NCBI GenBank assembly: GCA_965287045.1
Contig: OZ336874.1
Coordinates: 41,292,001-41,356,000 of the forward strand
DNA: 64,000 bases
Direction: 5' to 3'
DNA from: Carcharhinus amblyrhynchos
Lineage: Eukaryota
Part shown: positions 1-12,563 of the stretch, in pieces
How positions within the stretch are numbered: position 1 is the stretch's first letter
How the letters are laid out: each line of letters starts with the position of its first letter
Translations under genes and position numbers: made by a program
The notes under the pieces: generated by a model
Seen by the model: only the letters and a program-made list of their open reading frames with translations
What the model was told of the DNA's origin: nothing
Databases searched by the model: none

Positions 1-56
1 TGAACTCTGACACACTTGTTTTCTCAAACATTTGTGGATTCTCGGCTAATTGAAAT

Positions 57-200
57 CATCAAGCTGAAATTGATAGGTTTCTCTTATGTAGGGCATCAAG
101 GGATATGGGACAAAGCAGGTGATTGAAGTTAAGATGCCAATCAGCCATGGTCAAACCAAATGGGAAACAGGTGAAAGAGGTTGAATGGACAACTTTTCTT
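57..200 (+). mobile_element. Degenerate CR1 LINE 3'-end fragment
   Basis: aagctgaaattgataggttt...atcaagggatatggg...atcagccatg...ggttgaatgg aligns by eye with the 3' end of the CR1 at 44120-44270. Confidence 0.7.
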
Positions 201-236
201 CCAAAACCCATGCTTATGCAAAACACTTGGACCAAA

Positions 237-514
237 ACCAGGGACCTGGGTTCAATTCTGGTCATTGGTCACTGTCTATGTGGAGTTTGTACATTCTCCC
301 CATGTCTGCATGGGTTTCCTCCAGGTGCTCCAGTTTTGTACCACAGTCCAAAGATGTGCGGGTTATGTTACTTGGCTGTGCCAAATTAACCCTAGTGTCA
401 GGGGGATTAGCAGGGTAAATGTATGAGGTTATGAGAATGGGTCTGGGTGGGACTGTGGTCGGTGCAAACTCGATGGGCCGACTAGCCCCCTTCTGCACTG
501 TAGGGATTCTATGA
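237..514 (+). mobile_element. HE1-type V-SINE, 5'-truncated
   Basis: B-box remnant gggttcaattc, V core gtggagtttg...gggtttcctccaggtgctccagttt, CR1-type tail ttctgcactgtagggattctatga. Confidence 0.9.
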
Positions 515-859
515 AAACAGATGACGTTACTCCAAGCAGTCAGGAATTTTCCATTGGGAACACTAAATAAAGAACGGAATTTTACAAACTTCTCCCTCCA
601 GTAGATCCAATGCTTTTACAAGCACTCAATCTTCAATCATAACAGTGTAATCTTGTAAATTAGCATTCACAGTTAAAAAGGTGATTAACCAGCCATTTGA
701 AAAAGAAATTGTTTCTATTTATAATTTCTGCTATTTGTTCTTTTGAGCTGATTAAAAGGAGGATTATGAGCATTGTAAATGTTACATTCAAATGACAAGT
801 GTTGGGAAGATAGGTTAAAATGTTGAGATTCTCTGTGCAAAATGTGATCTCTAAGACAT

Positions 860-930
860 AAACCTGCTTCACTGTTTCAGATGTGGGCTAACCTGCTGTG
901 TGTTCCCAGCACTTTCTGTTTTCACTCCTT
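860..930 (+). mobile_element. Penelope-like element remnant
   Basis: cagatgtgggctaacctgctgtgtgttcccagcactttctgttt resembles 26355-26410. Confidence 0.45.
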
Positions 931-1302
931 ATAGTTATCCTTTTGAGAGACTGCTCTTTGGATTGCCCTCTGTAATTTTCAGTGTAAATACTGGTGGAAA
1001 CTGTGAGGTAGCAATCAACTGGCTTTCTCCTGCTTGGAGCAGTATGTACCAGACCTGCTCTTTATTTTACGTCAGGGCAAAAGGAAAGAACATCTTTGTC
1101 TCACATGTTTAACGGTCATGCATATTTCTTAATGTGTTTTGTTTTAATTTTGCTGAAGTATCATTAATAGCTAGAAAATAAAATGGCACAGATGATGTGA
1201 AGGTGGCACTTAGCCTGCCTTATACTTTCAGTTATGATAACTGTGAAAGGAAAACATGTGCTGACAAGGAAACAATCTAGGAATCTGAAACTCATAAAAC
1301 AT

Positions 1303-1597
1303 GGGCGGCACGGTGGCACAAGTGGTTAGCACTGCTGCCTCACAGCGCCAGGGACCTCGGTTTGATTCCCAGCTTGAGTCACTGTCTGTGTGGAGTTTGC
1401 ACGTTCTCCCCATGGGTTTCCTCCAGGTGCTCCAGTTTCCTCCCACGGTCCAAAGATGTGTGGGTTGGCTCAATTGACCATGCTAAATTGACCCTAAATT
1501 CGGGGGAATTATGTGGGGTTCCGGGGATAGAGTAGGATTGTTGTCGGTGCAGGCTTGACGCTGAATAGCCTTCTTCAGTACTGTAGGGATCCTATGA
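1303..1597 (+). mobile_element. HE1-type V-SINE, near full length
   Basis: tRNA-derived head gggcggcacggtggcacaagtggttagcactgc (A box) and ggtttgattccc (B box), V core, tail ctgtagggatcctatga; possible aacat target-site duplication. Confidence 0.93.
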
Positions 1598-1684
1598 ACA
1601 TATTCTAAGGAAATCATTTATATATATTGTATCTGATAGTGTTTCCTTTTCCTTGTCCAATCTTGGCAAGCCTTTGTAACAATG

Positions 1685-2273
1685 TAATTAAAAGGAAAGA
1701 ACAAGAAAAAAAAGTTTGAATTAAGTCAAGCTGGGCTTCCAGTCATAGTTGCCAGCTTCCAGAACCATCCAAACCACTGAGCTGCCAGGAAAGAAGATGA
1801 GTTTTACCTTTCTTATCTACCTCCACATTAAAATCTCGGAGCACTGGTGGTCACTTCTAACGCCTCACCCCACCTCAATTCCCCCCAGCCCTTTCAAAGG
1901 CCGTTCATCTCAATAGGCTGCCCCTATCCTTGTGAGGATGCTGAGCCTAGTTATCCTGACCCTGGAAAAATGTTGAAGTTGACACGTTGAGAAAGTGAAG
2001 AGAGGGGGAAAAAATAGCGTTAGACATTTGCGTACAGACTCAGGGTACAGCCCATATGACTGAATGCTCAAACCATGGCTCATGGATTTGTCTCAGTGAT
2101 TTATGACCTTGACTGGTTTTAGGAAAGAGTAAAAATCAGGGGATCAGTAAACTACACCGATCTGGAGCGCCTTGTAATGATGAATATAAATTGGAACTGG
2201 AAGCTGGCAACTGTGACTGGAAGCCCAGCTTGACTAATTTAAACTTATTTTCCTTGTTCTTTCCTTTTAATTA
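1685..2273. repeat. ~78-bp inverted repeat pair (1685-1762 / 2197-2273) with ~435-bp spacer; MITE-like
   Basis: taattaaaaggaaagaacaag...agtcaagctgggcttccagtcatagttgccagcttccag is ~90% identical to the reverse complement of 2197-2273; both outer ends are TA. Confidence 0.85.
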
Positions 2274-3589
2274 TAGTCACCAATTTAACAATTTCTTTCA
2301 TTCTGCAGTGTAATGTTAATAAATGCAAAATGTACACCGCAATATTTGCTTCTGATAGTGTTAGCGTTAATACCATATGTAACACTTTGTCATTGAAATC
2401 ATTTATGCTTACTTCACTGTCAGTGTCAGAATCTATATGAATAGGATTGAACAATGGCGAATACTCTGCTGATTATAGTCACAGGCTTGTTCCCACGCTA
2501 ATCCGTCTATGATACACAAGGCATGCACAATTTGAAGATCAGGAATCTATTTTCACTATACTTATTGGAAACCTTGGGCTTGAGCTGCTATCTGAAGTAG
2601 TGATATATAAAAATCATTTGGCTATGTTTGTAATAGACTGCTACTGCGTTTGATAATTAATGGACTAATACTTACCGAATACCAAGTTTTCTCTCTTCCT
2701 CATCTTTCTTTTACTGCCTTTCATTGTACCAGATCTGCTGATTTATGTCATTCCTAAGCTCTATTTAAGACAAAGTAATTCATTCTGCAAAAGAACTCAT
2801 CCTGTTAGCCAACATCTTCATTAACCCTGCTGACAGTGTGATCATTTTACAACACAAATTGCACAGGGATAAATCATTTATCTTTAGAATTTCACTTAAC
2901 AAGCCTAATTCTGAGAATGTCAAAATGCTATGTTCAATTACTTTCAAGATTGCACAGTGTCCTCCACTCTCAGCTTTGCAAAGGACAAAGTATAACGTAG
3001 TGTTCACTTTCAGAAAAAGGAAAGCAATACTTTTAAACCATTGCACAGCATGACAACTGCGTTTTAATATTTAGCAGCACCATGTGGTGCATTTATGAAA
3101 GACCTAAAAAAAACTGTTTTACTATGTGACAAAAACTCATAATCCAACTACAGGTTTTGTTGAATTTCAAAAGCTTTACATTCTGCGTACTGTCAATTGA
3201 ACAAAAACATGATTTGCACAAGGTTTAGCTTAATATCAACTCTTCAGATGCAAAAGGGAACCCTTTATGTAATGTCTTATCTCAAGACAACTCGAATTGG
3301 CTTACAGTCAGTGAAGTAATTAGTTTTTTCAAGTGTAGCCACTGTAATGCAGGGAATGTATGCACAGTAGTTGATCTCCTGTGGCATTGCTCGTAGACCA
3401 AAAGTAAAATGTGTGCTTCTCTCGACTGTCCAATGTCTCCCAAGATGGATTGGCTCCAATCGCTGTGAAGTAACATTGGAAATACTTCCAAAAAGAATAT
3501 ATTATTTAATTTTTTTTTGTGACAAATGATTGCTCCAGGCATGTAATAGGTAAGTCGAGTTAAAGGTGTGAATTGACACGTGGAAGTGT

Positions 3590-4155
3590 GTCAGCATAGC
3601 CATCACAGAAGCATGGTTGAAGGAAGAGCAGGATTGGCAACTGGAGTTCTGGGGAATAGGATCTTTAAGCGAGACAGAGGAGTGTGTAAAAAGGAAGATG
3701 ATGTAGTGCTTTTGAGGAGTCAGTTAAGAAGAGATGATATCTTGGAAGGGTCTTCATATGAGGCTTTGTGGGTAGAACTTAGGAATGTTAAAGGGGCAAC
3801 CATATTACTGAATAGGCCCTCAAAAAATCAGCGGGAAATCAAGGAGCAAATATGTAGACAGTTCAGAGGGGTTCATAAGAGTTAATCAGGAAATTATACC
3901 AGGGGATTTCAACTTTCTCAACATAAATTGGGTCAACCAAAGTGTTAAGGGTTTAGAGAAGGTGGCTTTCTTGAGATGTATCCAGGGGAGTTTTTTGTAG
4001 CAATATGTAGAAGGCCCAACAAGGGATAGCACAATCCTGGATTTGGTTCTGGGGAATGAAGCCGGCCAAGTGTTCAATCTGGCAGTGGGGGAGCATTTTA
4101 GCGATAGTAAACAAAACACGGTACAGTTCAAATTGGTTACGGAGAAGAAGAAAGA
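3590..4155 (+). mobile_element. Degenerate CR1 ORF2 endonuclease (APE) fragment
   Basis: Frameshifted remnants of AITEAWL, EALWVELRN, GDFN (ggggatttcaac), PTR..ILDLVLGNE; compare 41470-42010. Confidence 0.85.
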
Positions 4156-4257
4156 TCCAGGTAGGTGCAGATCTTATTTTCAAGAAACACAGGCTGTCAT
4201 GTCAAGGATGGAAAACAGTTACAACCTTGAAAATAAGATCTGCACCTACCTGGATCT
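4153..4257. repeat. Perfect 32-bp inverted repeat with 41-nt spacer
   Basis: 4153-4184 agatccaggtaggtgcagatcttattttcaag is the exact reverse complement of 4226-4257. Confidence 0.95.
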
Positions 4258-6945
4258 GGTGTCCATTCTTTCGCAATGGCTGTCAAAAGTCACCACCATC
4301 CTCAAACATTTTGCCTCCAGATCATTCCAGGGCTTTGTCTGAATCACATTTTCCAGCTGGCAGTCCACAAATGGGCTGATGCTTGTATGAATGTCCTGTC
4401 CCATATTGCCAGTCAGAATGTGTGTATTCACTGCTCTCCCTTTCCCACACAGGGTGGCATCAACTGTGCATGCATGGCAATCCAGCTCAACCAGCATAAT
4501 CTGTCACCTCAATAGTTTCCACTTATGTGCAGCTGGAGTACAACCCAAGACGAGATATTTTGCAGATTCTCACAGAGCTGCCATCATGCTTTGTCCTGAG
4601 GTAGTTCTAGCTCCCTTACATTTTTGAGGCAATAAGCATTCTTAAAGGGGTGGCCTTTAGAAGAAAACGTATAGCTACTTCAAAACCGGATAATGACACC
4701 CATTATAGATGAAGAGCAATACAGCACATCCAATACATATTACCACAAGATATGTAATCAAACAAAGCATCAGCATGTGTATGCATTTTAGACAGATCCA
4801 GCGGAAAACCACAGTATGCACCAGACAGGGGCTCCAGAATGATTGTGGTGTATTGCACAGCAATGAGGTTGAAACTTGTAGTCGGAATAAGGGATACAAT
4901 ACAGATTATTTGCATGAAGATTCGGACTAAGATAAAGGAAATGAGGCAAAGGGAGTAAGGATGGGTAATTTCACACTACTGTTCAGGTTGCCAGGGTTGC
5001 CCCTTATTAATGTAAGGGTCACTTGGGTTGTGCCAGTGGATCAACATCAGAACTATTAAAAACAACCAATCACCCATTGCAAATCTGTTAATTGGCTCTT
5101 GTCAGTACATGTCTCCCCATTCTTCACCAAGCAAATCAAGGGCAACTTGTCACCCAACAACAAAGAATGAGACAAACAGGAAAATGGCACAAAAAAAGTA
5201 ACTCCGTTAAGATACAGATGTTACAACTTATTTTCTCATACATCCATTTGTATACCCTTGTAGAACTTAGCTTTACCATTTTTTTCACTTTTCTCACATT
5301 CCATGAATGGATAAACTAAATAAAAATGTTGGCTCGGGCATTGCAGCAATGTGCATGGGCAGCGTGGCCAACTCTGGATTATCAAATGTGTTCCTGCATG
5401 CCCCGAGTGCAGACCTCGGATGGTGTAATTCCTACGTTGGATAGGTTAAAAATATTTTCACTTTGGTCTTATTGTAACCTGTACCAATGTGCTGTCCAGC
5501 AGAGTGCTGAGAGTGGCTTGCATATGATGAGAGAATTGCAAATAGGAACACAAATGAAGATGTCAACTCTTCCCCCACCACGCTTTCTGCTCAGTCAGAA
5601 TCCCACATGCTGCCAAATCTTCCCCTGGTTTGTGCAGGCAGAACAATCTTTAGTTGAGCCTTCACATCTCCCTACATCCAGTGGCCATCAGCCTAAAGCA
5701 ACTCAGTAATCTGAGTAGGAATCACAGTCCATCTGGAGCTCTGATGAAGCCACAGGGATTCCACAACATGGGAGCAGAGAGAAAAGGGTAAAGATATGAA
5801 ATTTTACAAGGGTATACATATGTTTATATGAGACAATGAGGGGAGGAGGGCACTGCCTGGCCATCTCCCTATCCCCAGGGGGCTATTCATACCTTTGAGG
5901 GATGCCCTTGACAAGTTTATGCTTTTAAAAACCTATTAAGAACCTTGCCGACTTGATGTCACATTGGTGAGTTATGAATATATCATGAGGGGGAGATCAT
6001 ATGGCGAGGAGACTAGCTAATTAGATTTAAATTTATTAAAATTAGGTTCACAACTATAATGGGCATCAGTCTGATTACATCACCAGCAAGTGGTGGGGAA
6101 TTCGGAATCTCCCTGGTGAGATTTGTGATTTCCTATTTTCCCTCTTTTGAGTCCCGGCCAGTGATTCATGCACAGAGTCTAGGCTCAATATTTCACCTAT
6201 AGAAATTAGGAACAAGGATAGGCCATTTAACAAGTTACATGCATACAAATCTAAGCACTGGGGCAGGAATAGACTGTTCAGTCCCTCAGGCCTGCTCTGC
6301 ATTCACTATTATCTTGGATGATCTGGTTATGGGAATCAGGGAAAGGAAGCTATAACTGGCTTACCATATGGCAACTAATCCTGTTCCATAGTTTCTGTGT
6401 TCCATAGTTCCTGTGTCCTGTAGTACCCAGCTAAGAAATTATTCCTGGCGTGTGCAACTTAAACTTGCAACATCTCAAGATTACAAGATTAGGCAGAGAG
6501 ATTGCGATGTACAATTGACACACATCTGTAGCGACGCGGGCAAACTTCATTTTTATCTTGCATCGAAGGAAAGCTGTTAGGTGGAGCAGTGAGGTTGAAT
6601 ATTGGAGCACTGGCATCAAATCAGTATTCTATGCTGACTCACCTCATGATCCATCTACCCTACAGTACTTCCAGCAGAGATGCCTGCAGACCACAGGGTG
6701 TGAGGTACACGCATGGGGAGTGTCCCCTGGCAGTGTGGGGGTGTCCCCCTATTCAAAGGGAGTTGAGCTGTAGGTGAGGGGGAGGGGGGTCTCCCTTTCT
6801 GCATGTGGGTGTGTTCCCATTGCCATCTTGTGAGGGGGGGGGCTTAAATCAGGCAAGAAAAGGAAGCTAGGATGCCCATGAGTTTCATACAGCTTCTCTC
6901 ACCTGATCCAGCACTGTATGCAATTGTGGAAAAATTGCACTCATT

Positions 6946-7072
6946 GGGCGGAATTTTACTGGCCCGTCCGCCCAAGTTTTGCATGATCCCACCCAAGGCC
7001 AAAGGAGAATGCCGTTCTCCGAGCTGAGCCCGCCCCCGGAATCAGGGCCGGCATGCCGGTAAAATTCTGGCC
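6946..7072. mobile_element. Short non-autonomous DNA transposon (MITE)
   Basis: TIRs gggcggaattttactggc / gccggtaaaattctggcc (15/18 match); related termini recur near 7350, 19750, 38090, 52080 and 53075. Confidence 0.7.
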
Positions 7073-7689
7073 TTTGACTCATTTTAAAGCAACAAGCCTT
7101 GACACCGTTACTTATAAATGCATCATAGGAACAGGGGAAGTTATTGCCAGTCACTGGTAAAAATCTGCTCTTACTATGTTTTCCGCCCCTTCTCACTAAC
7201 TCCCTCATTGTTATATGACACAAATAAGTGAAATTCACACACGGTGGATGGGACTTTCCAGTCCTACCCACCAGGAGACTGGAAATATTATCCGTTAAAT
7301 TGTCCATCCAGCCCACAACAATTCCCGTGGTGAGCGGGGCCAGAAAATTTACCCCAATATCTTGCAATACAAGCTCCCTTCAGACATATACAATGATGTT
7401 TCCTACTATTCTCTTTAAGCATGGAAGAGCAGCATGTCAGCACATCCAACATTGCTTAAGGCTAATACCAGTAAGATTAGCACTCTTCTGAGTTTTTCTC
7501 ACTGGTTCTGCATCAAAACTTGTGGGACAATCTCTACTCTAACTCATTCAATCCTCGGATCTATAGATCATCTTAATTCTCTCACTCTCTCTTCCTACTA
7601 TCAGCCAGACGGCTTTAAATCTTAAACTGAGATCATCTAACCATTATTTCTTGATATATCTTTATTTTTCTTATTCTTACAGAAAAAAA

Positions 7690-8734
7690 TGGCTTGTATT
7701 TATATAGTACTTTTCATGGCCACCAAATGTCTCAAAGCATTTTACAGCCAATGAAATACTTATGAAGTGTTGTCACAATTTTTTGCACACAGTAGATTTC
7801 TCAAACAGAAATGCAATTTTCCATGGCAGAATCCACAGGGAAATGCAGCGGGACCATAAGAGATGGGCGCAGAGGCCATTTGGCCCATTAAGTCTGCTCC
7901 ACCATTCAATCAGACCATGACTGATCTAATTAAAATAATCTTCATCTCCACTTTCCCACTTTATCCCCATAACTTTTGATTCCCTTACTGATTAAAAATC
8001 TGTCTATCTCAGCCTTGTACATAATTAATGATCCAATCGCCAAAGCTCTCTGCGGTAAAGAGTTCCTCAGATTCACTTGCCTCTGAGAAAAGAAGTTCTT
8101 CCCAATCTTAAATGGGCAACTTCTAACTCTGAGATTATGTCCTTTGGTCTTAGATTCTCCAATAAGGGCAAACAACCTCTCAACATCTACCCTGTCAAGC
8201 TACTGAGAATCCTATATGTCTCAATAAAGTCACCTCTCATTCTTCTAACCAGTGAGTACAAGCTCAACCTTCTGAACTTTACCTCATAAAAAATTCCCTC
8301 CCAACTCAGGATCAGCCTAGTGAACCTTCTTTGGACTTCCCCCAATGCCAGTATATCTATCCTTTAGAGCACAGTATTCCAGGTGTAGGTCAGTCATTGA
8401 CTTTCAGTTGGACTGGAAGATTCTGGAGGCGACTGAGGCCAGAAAAGCTGCCACCTCTGTTTTGTGATGTTAATTGCAGGCTAAATATTAACTAGCCATC
8501 AAGAATATCTTCCTAGCCCATCTCCAATGTAGTGCCATGGGAGATTTTATATCGACCTAAGCAGACAGATGGGGCCTTATCCAAAAGATGGCACCTCTGA
8601 CAGTGCTACACCTGCTCAGTACCGCACTAGAGTACCAACTTTGATTTTTTTGTTTTGTTCTCAAAACGTGGAGTGGGACTTGAACCTACAACTTAGTAAT
8701 TTAGCAGCACCAGTGCTATTTGCTGAGTCAAGGC
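7690..8734 (-). mobile_element. Deu-domain SINE (SacSINE/AmnSINE-like) interrupted by younger insertions
   Basis: L2-like tail at 7690-7815 (ttgtatttatatagtac...tttacagccaatgaa); Deu domain and tRNA head at 8455-8734 (gtagtgccatggga...aaagatggcacctctgacagtg...gggacttgaacc); opposite-strand paralogue at 56255-56605. Confidence 0.75.
7853..8391 (-). mobile_element. CR1 LINE 3' fragment
   Basis: Minus-strand ORF ...KGHNLRVR..F...NFFSQR.VNL.NSLP...IDRFLISKGIK.YG plus 3' UTR hairpin region. Confidence 0.9.
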
Positions 8735-8932
8735 CCCCTCCATGCAAACGTAACAACATTGAAAGTGTTTTGCAGCTAGACTCCAATATAATAAACCAGG
8801 TTAGGATTGACAATTGCTGATCTGCTTTGCAAGATTTGATAGGGAGACAATTCCAATTGTAAATAATCCAAATTATGTTGTTTCTCTCTATATAATTACC
8901 TCTTTAGTCTTTCAACTATGGAATGAAAAAAA

Positions 8933-9247
8933 AATCATGAAATCCCTACAGTGCAGAAGGAGGTCATTTGGCCCATCAAACCTTACCCAGGCCCTTTCCC
9001 TCACCCTATCCCCATAAACCCACATATTTTCCATTGCTAATCCATCTAAACTGCACATCTTGGGACACTAAGGGGCAATCTAGCATGGCCAATCCTAATA
9101 ACTCACACATCTTTAGTCTGTGGGAGGAAACTGGAGCATCCAGAGGAAACCTACACAGGCAGAGGGTGAATGTGATGGTCACCCAAGACTGGAGTTGAAC
9201 TCAGATCCCGGCGCTGTGACATAGCAGTGCTAACCACTGTAACTGTA
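8933..9247 (-). mobile_element. HE1-type V-SINE
   Basis: Reverse complement of tail (aatccctacagtgcagaagg), V core (gggaggaaactggagc) and head (gcagtgctaaccactgt). Confidence 0.9.
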
Positions 9248-9769
9248 TGTAGGACCAATGAGTATCTGATGTATTTTAGAAAATATTTTGAGAGAACATG
9301 AAGAATACAGACAGCCTTCAAATTTAATTACACTCCCTAGGAATACCACATGGTCCCAGTGCTTTACATTAGCCCGATGGTATGACATATACAACAGCTA
9401 AAATAGAGAGGTTGAGGGCATAAGTATGAAGTCCAGCAAATTATATTGTTGAGAAATGCACTGCTTCAGCAGGCAATAGTTAAGCAATAAAATATTACTT
9501 TTGCTGTAATTAACATTTCCACAAGGTTTCCTTTAATTGTGAAGGAACAATTAAAATAAGTTTACAATGAATTAATTATGTCAAATAAATTTTGTTGCCA
9601 TTCTGTTTTATTATTTTCTATTCATTATCCCACTGTTAAAATATTATGATAGGTGAGAATAGTCAAGTGAACAATCTATATCATTAATAATTCTACAGAT
9701 TAGCAGTAGCGGTTACACAGTTGAAACATCTTTATTACACTGAAAAATAATTATTCCATGATTTCTCTT

Positions 9770-10140
9770 GATTTGGGCAATGCTGGTAAATCTGCATTTA
9801 ATGCCTATTACTTATTGCTCCAAGGAGGAAAATTGGCTGTCTCCCTTCGAACACTGCAATCTTTGAACTGATGCTGTTCCCAGGGAAATCTCAGGTAGTG
9901 AAATCCAGGATTCTAACCTGGCAAAGATTAAAGAAACAGTGATTAATGCCAAAGTGGAATTTGAAGGGGAAGCGATGATGTTCTCAAGAACGTGTTGTTC
10001 TTTCATTACTGTGTGTCCCCTGACAGTGTGCTGGAAGATGTTGTCAAAGTAAGTTTGGTGGTTGGCTTAGCACATTAGGGAGATAGCAAGGTGCTGCTAA
10101 TGCTTTATGCTGGTGGCAAAGAGAGTGGATGCTTAAGTAT
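9770..10140 (-). mobile_element. Old APE-RT LINE 3' remnant (same family as 10490-16350)
   Basis: atccaggattctaacctgg, ttgaagggga and gatgttctc match motifs at 10610-10630 and 12150-12250. Confidence 0.5.
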
Positions 10141-11141
10141 ACCAAATAGAATGGGTGGATATTGGCCTAGCAATTAGCTTCAGCTTATTTGTTGATGTCC
10201 TGCAATTTCTACAGCTGGTGACCACCTTCTTGGTGACATCCTATCAGACTTACTTCCTGGTGTACGTGTCACAGCAGCACATATGTCAAGTTTCTATTAA
10301 ACACATCCGTACTGGCAAAAAAAAACCTCTTGCTTTCCTGTGATGTTTCAGAAGCTTATTTCCTGTTTGATTAGGCAAAAGTCAACATGACAAATGTAAC
10401 TTGGTTGTGACTGATTCAAGGGCACTGTCTAAACTGAACAAACAATGGATACGTTGATGATAAGTGTTGTCTTTCCATATGCTCGCAATGATTTGTTCAT
10501 AGTGTTGGGCTGTTCTCCCATCCCTAACTACCCTTGAGACAATAGTAGTGAGCTGCCACCTTAAACCACTGCAGCTTGTTGGTGACACTCATGGTGTTGT
10601 TAGGAAGAGTTCCAGGATTTTGACCCAGTGGCAGCAACAGCAATCTACGTTTATAACACACTTTTCGGATTATAACGTGACCCAAGTTGCTTCATAAAAC
10701 AAAATTAGGAACTGAGTCTCTCGTAAGGTGATATCTAAGCAACTGGTTGAAAGTTTTGTAGAAGACATAAGCCAGAATTTTACATTGTTCAAGTGGGCTG
10801 AACACCCGCACTATCCCCCCAACCCCCCTCCCCCCACCCCAACTCCCCCAAAATCTGGAAACACATTAAATCAACCAAAAGATTGAGCACGAGTTTCAAC
10901 GACATCACAAACTCATTCAATATTTTGGTCAGTGGGCGTGTCCACTAACAATCAAGCAATCAATTTAGCCCTTTAAGGGGCCATTTGAACACAACTTTAC
11001 ATGAGCCATCTTTTTTACTGTTAAAGAGCAGGTTGGTTGTCAAGGCAGCCTTTAGACTTTAGCTTCATCCTCAATCCAGAGTAAGATCAACTGACCAGGC
11101 TGAAATCAAATTTAAAAAAGGTGTCAACACTCTGAAGTTAT

Positions 11142-11411
11142 GGACCTAGGTTCGACTCCTGGCTTGCGTGTGGAGTTTGCATATTCTCCCCATGTTTGTG
11201 TGGGTTTCCTTCAGGTGTTCTGGTTTCCTCCCACACTCTAAAGATGTGCAGGTTAGGTGAACTGGCCATGTTAACTTGACCCTGAGTGTCAGGGGATTAG
11301 TGAACAAAATATTTGGTGAAACAAGGATAGGGCCTGGGCGAGAATGTTGTTAGTGCAGGCTCGATGGGTTGAATCGCCTCCTACTGCATTGTAGAGAATC
11401 TATGATTCTAT
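11142..11411 (+). mobile_element. HE1-type V-SINE, 5'-truncated
   Basis: B box ggttcgactcc, V core, tail gaatctatgattctatg. Confidence 0.9.
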
Positions 11412-12563
11412 GTTTGAGTGTGATAGATACTCTTTGCATTTTTTTTCCATTGCTATTGTTTTTCAGCAGATCCCTGAGACGGCTCTGCAGCAACTTTTCC
11501 CTCAGCACATTGGAAGCGCCAGTTGGTACCCTTCCTTTTTTTCAGTGTCCACCCTCCCTGGCTGCACTGAGTCTTTTACAGCACGTTTCATGCTGGCTGC
11601 CTGTTACTTGGCCAGCTGGTGTGAAATGGTACTCTGGGGCCAACCACGGCTGGGAATGCTTTTCACAGCCTCTTCCAGGCCTGCCAAGTGTGTGTACCCG
11701 ATGGGCAAGTGTTCAGGCCATATGGAACATCTTAAAGGCATAATGGAAGGTAGGTTGTCAGAGAGCAAGGCATGTCTACTGTTATAGAAATGTATGCCTT
11801 TGGTGGAGCAGGTTTAATGGACCATACGGTCTACTCTTATTTTCTTAAATTGTTTTTATAAAGTAAGCTAAGAACTAATTTATACAAGCACTGTCCCAAT
11901 AAGGTACAGTCTACTCTCATAGAAAGCTAGAACTTTAGACCATTGTTTTACGATTGAAAGTTAGATGAAGTTTCTCCTGTGAGGGATAAGACAACAAATG
12001 TGAATCGTTGTGGTGGATTATGCATTATTTCACTATGGGCAGTGCTCTTTCCTCAGTGAGTTACATAACTTAGGGTCTAGGCTTTTTAAAACACTGTCAT
12101 CAATAGTGGAAGATGATGAAGGAATGGCATTATGTTTCCATGCTGTGCAACTTGGTTGGGAATTTGCAGTTAGTGCTGTTCCCATGTGCATGCTGCCCTT
12201 GTCCTTCTAGGTGCTGGAGGTTCTGGGAGGAACTGTAAAAGCAACCTTGGTGAGATGCTGCAGTGCTTCTTGTAGGTAGTGCACACTGCAAACACAGTGC
12301 ACTGGTGGCAGAGGGGTGAATGTTCAGGATGTTTGATGAGGTGCCAATCATGTTGGCGTGCTTTATCCTGGATACTATCAAACTTCTCGAATGATGTTGG
12401 AGTTGTACTTGTCTAGCCAGTTGGAAACTATTCTATCACATTCCTGACCTGTGCACTGTAGATGGTATATAGGCTTTTGGGGAGTCAAAAGGTGAGTCAC
12501 TTGCTTGCTTTTATAGCCATAACATTTATGTGACTGGTCCAGTTGAGTTTCTGGTCAGTGGTA

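Noticed and set aside
123-426. Recurrent short ORFs with GHCLCGVCTFSP / SVWSLHILP peptides (also at 18785, 19866, 30790, 33707, 51364, 61229)
   Set aside because: Translations of HE1/V-SINE copies, not a gene family
1303-1375. tRNA-like A/B boxes at SINE 5' ends
   Set aside because: SINE heads without a cloverleaf; not tRNA genes
5740-5770. CTGATGA hammerhead-like core
   Set aside because: No stem II or GAAA downstream
6381-6425. 16-bp tandem duplication tgttccatagttyctg
   Set aside because: Ordinary slippage repeat of about 2.5 units
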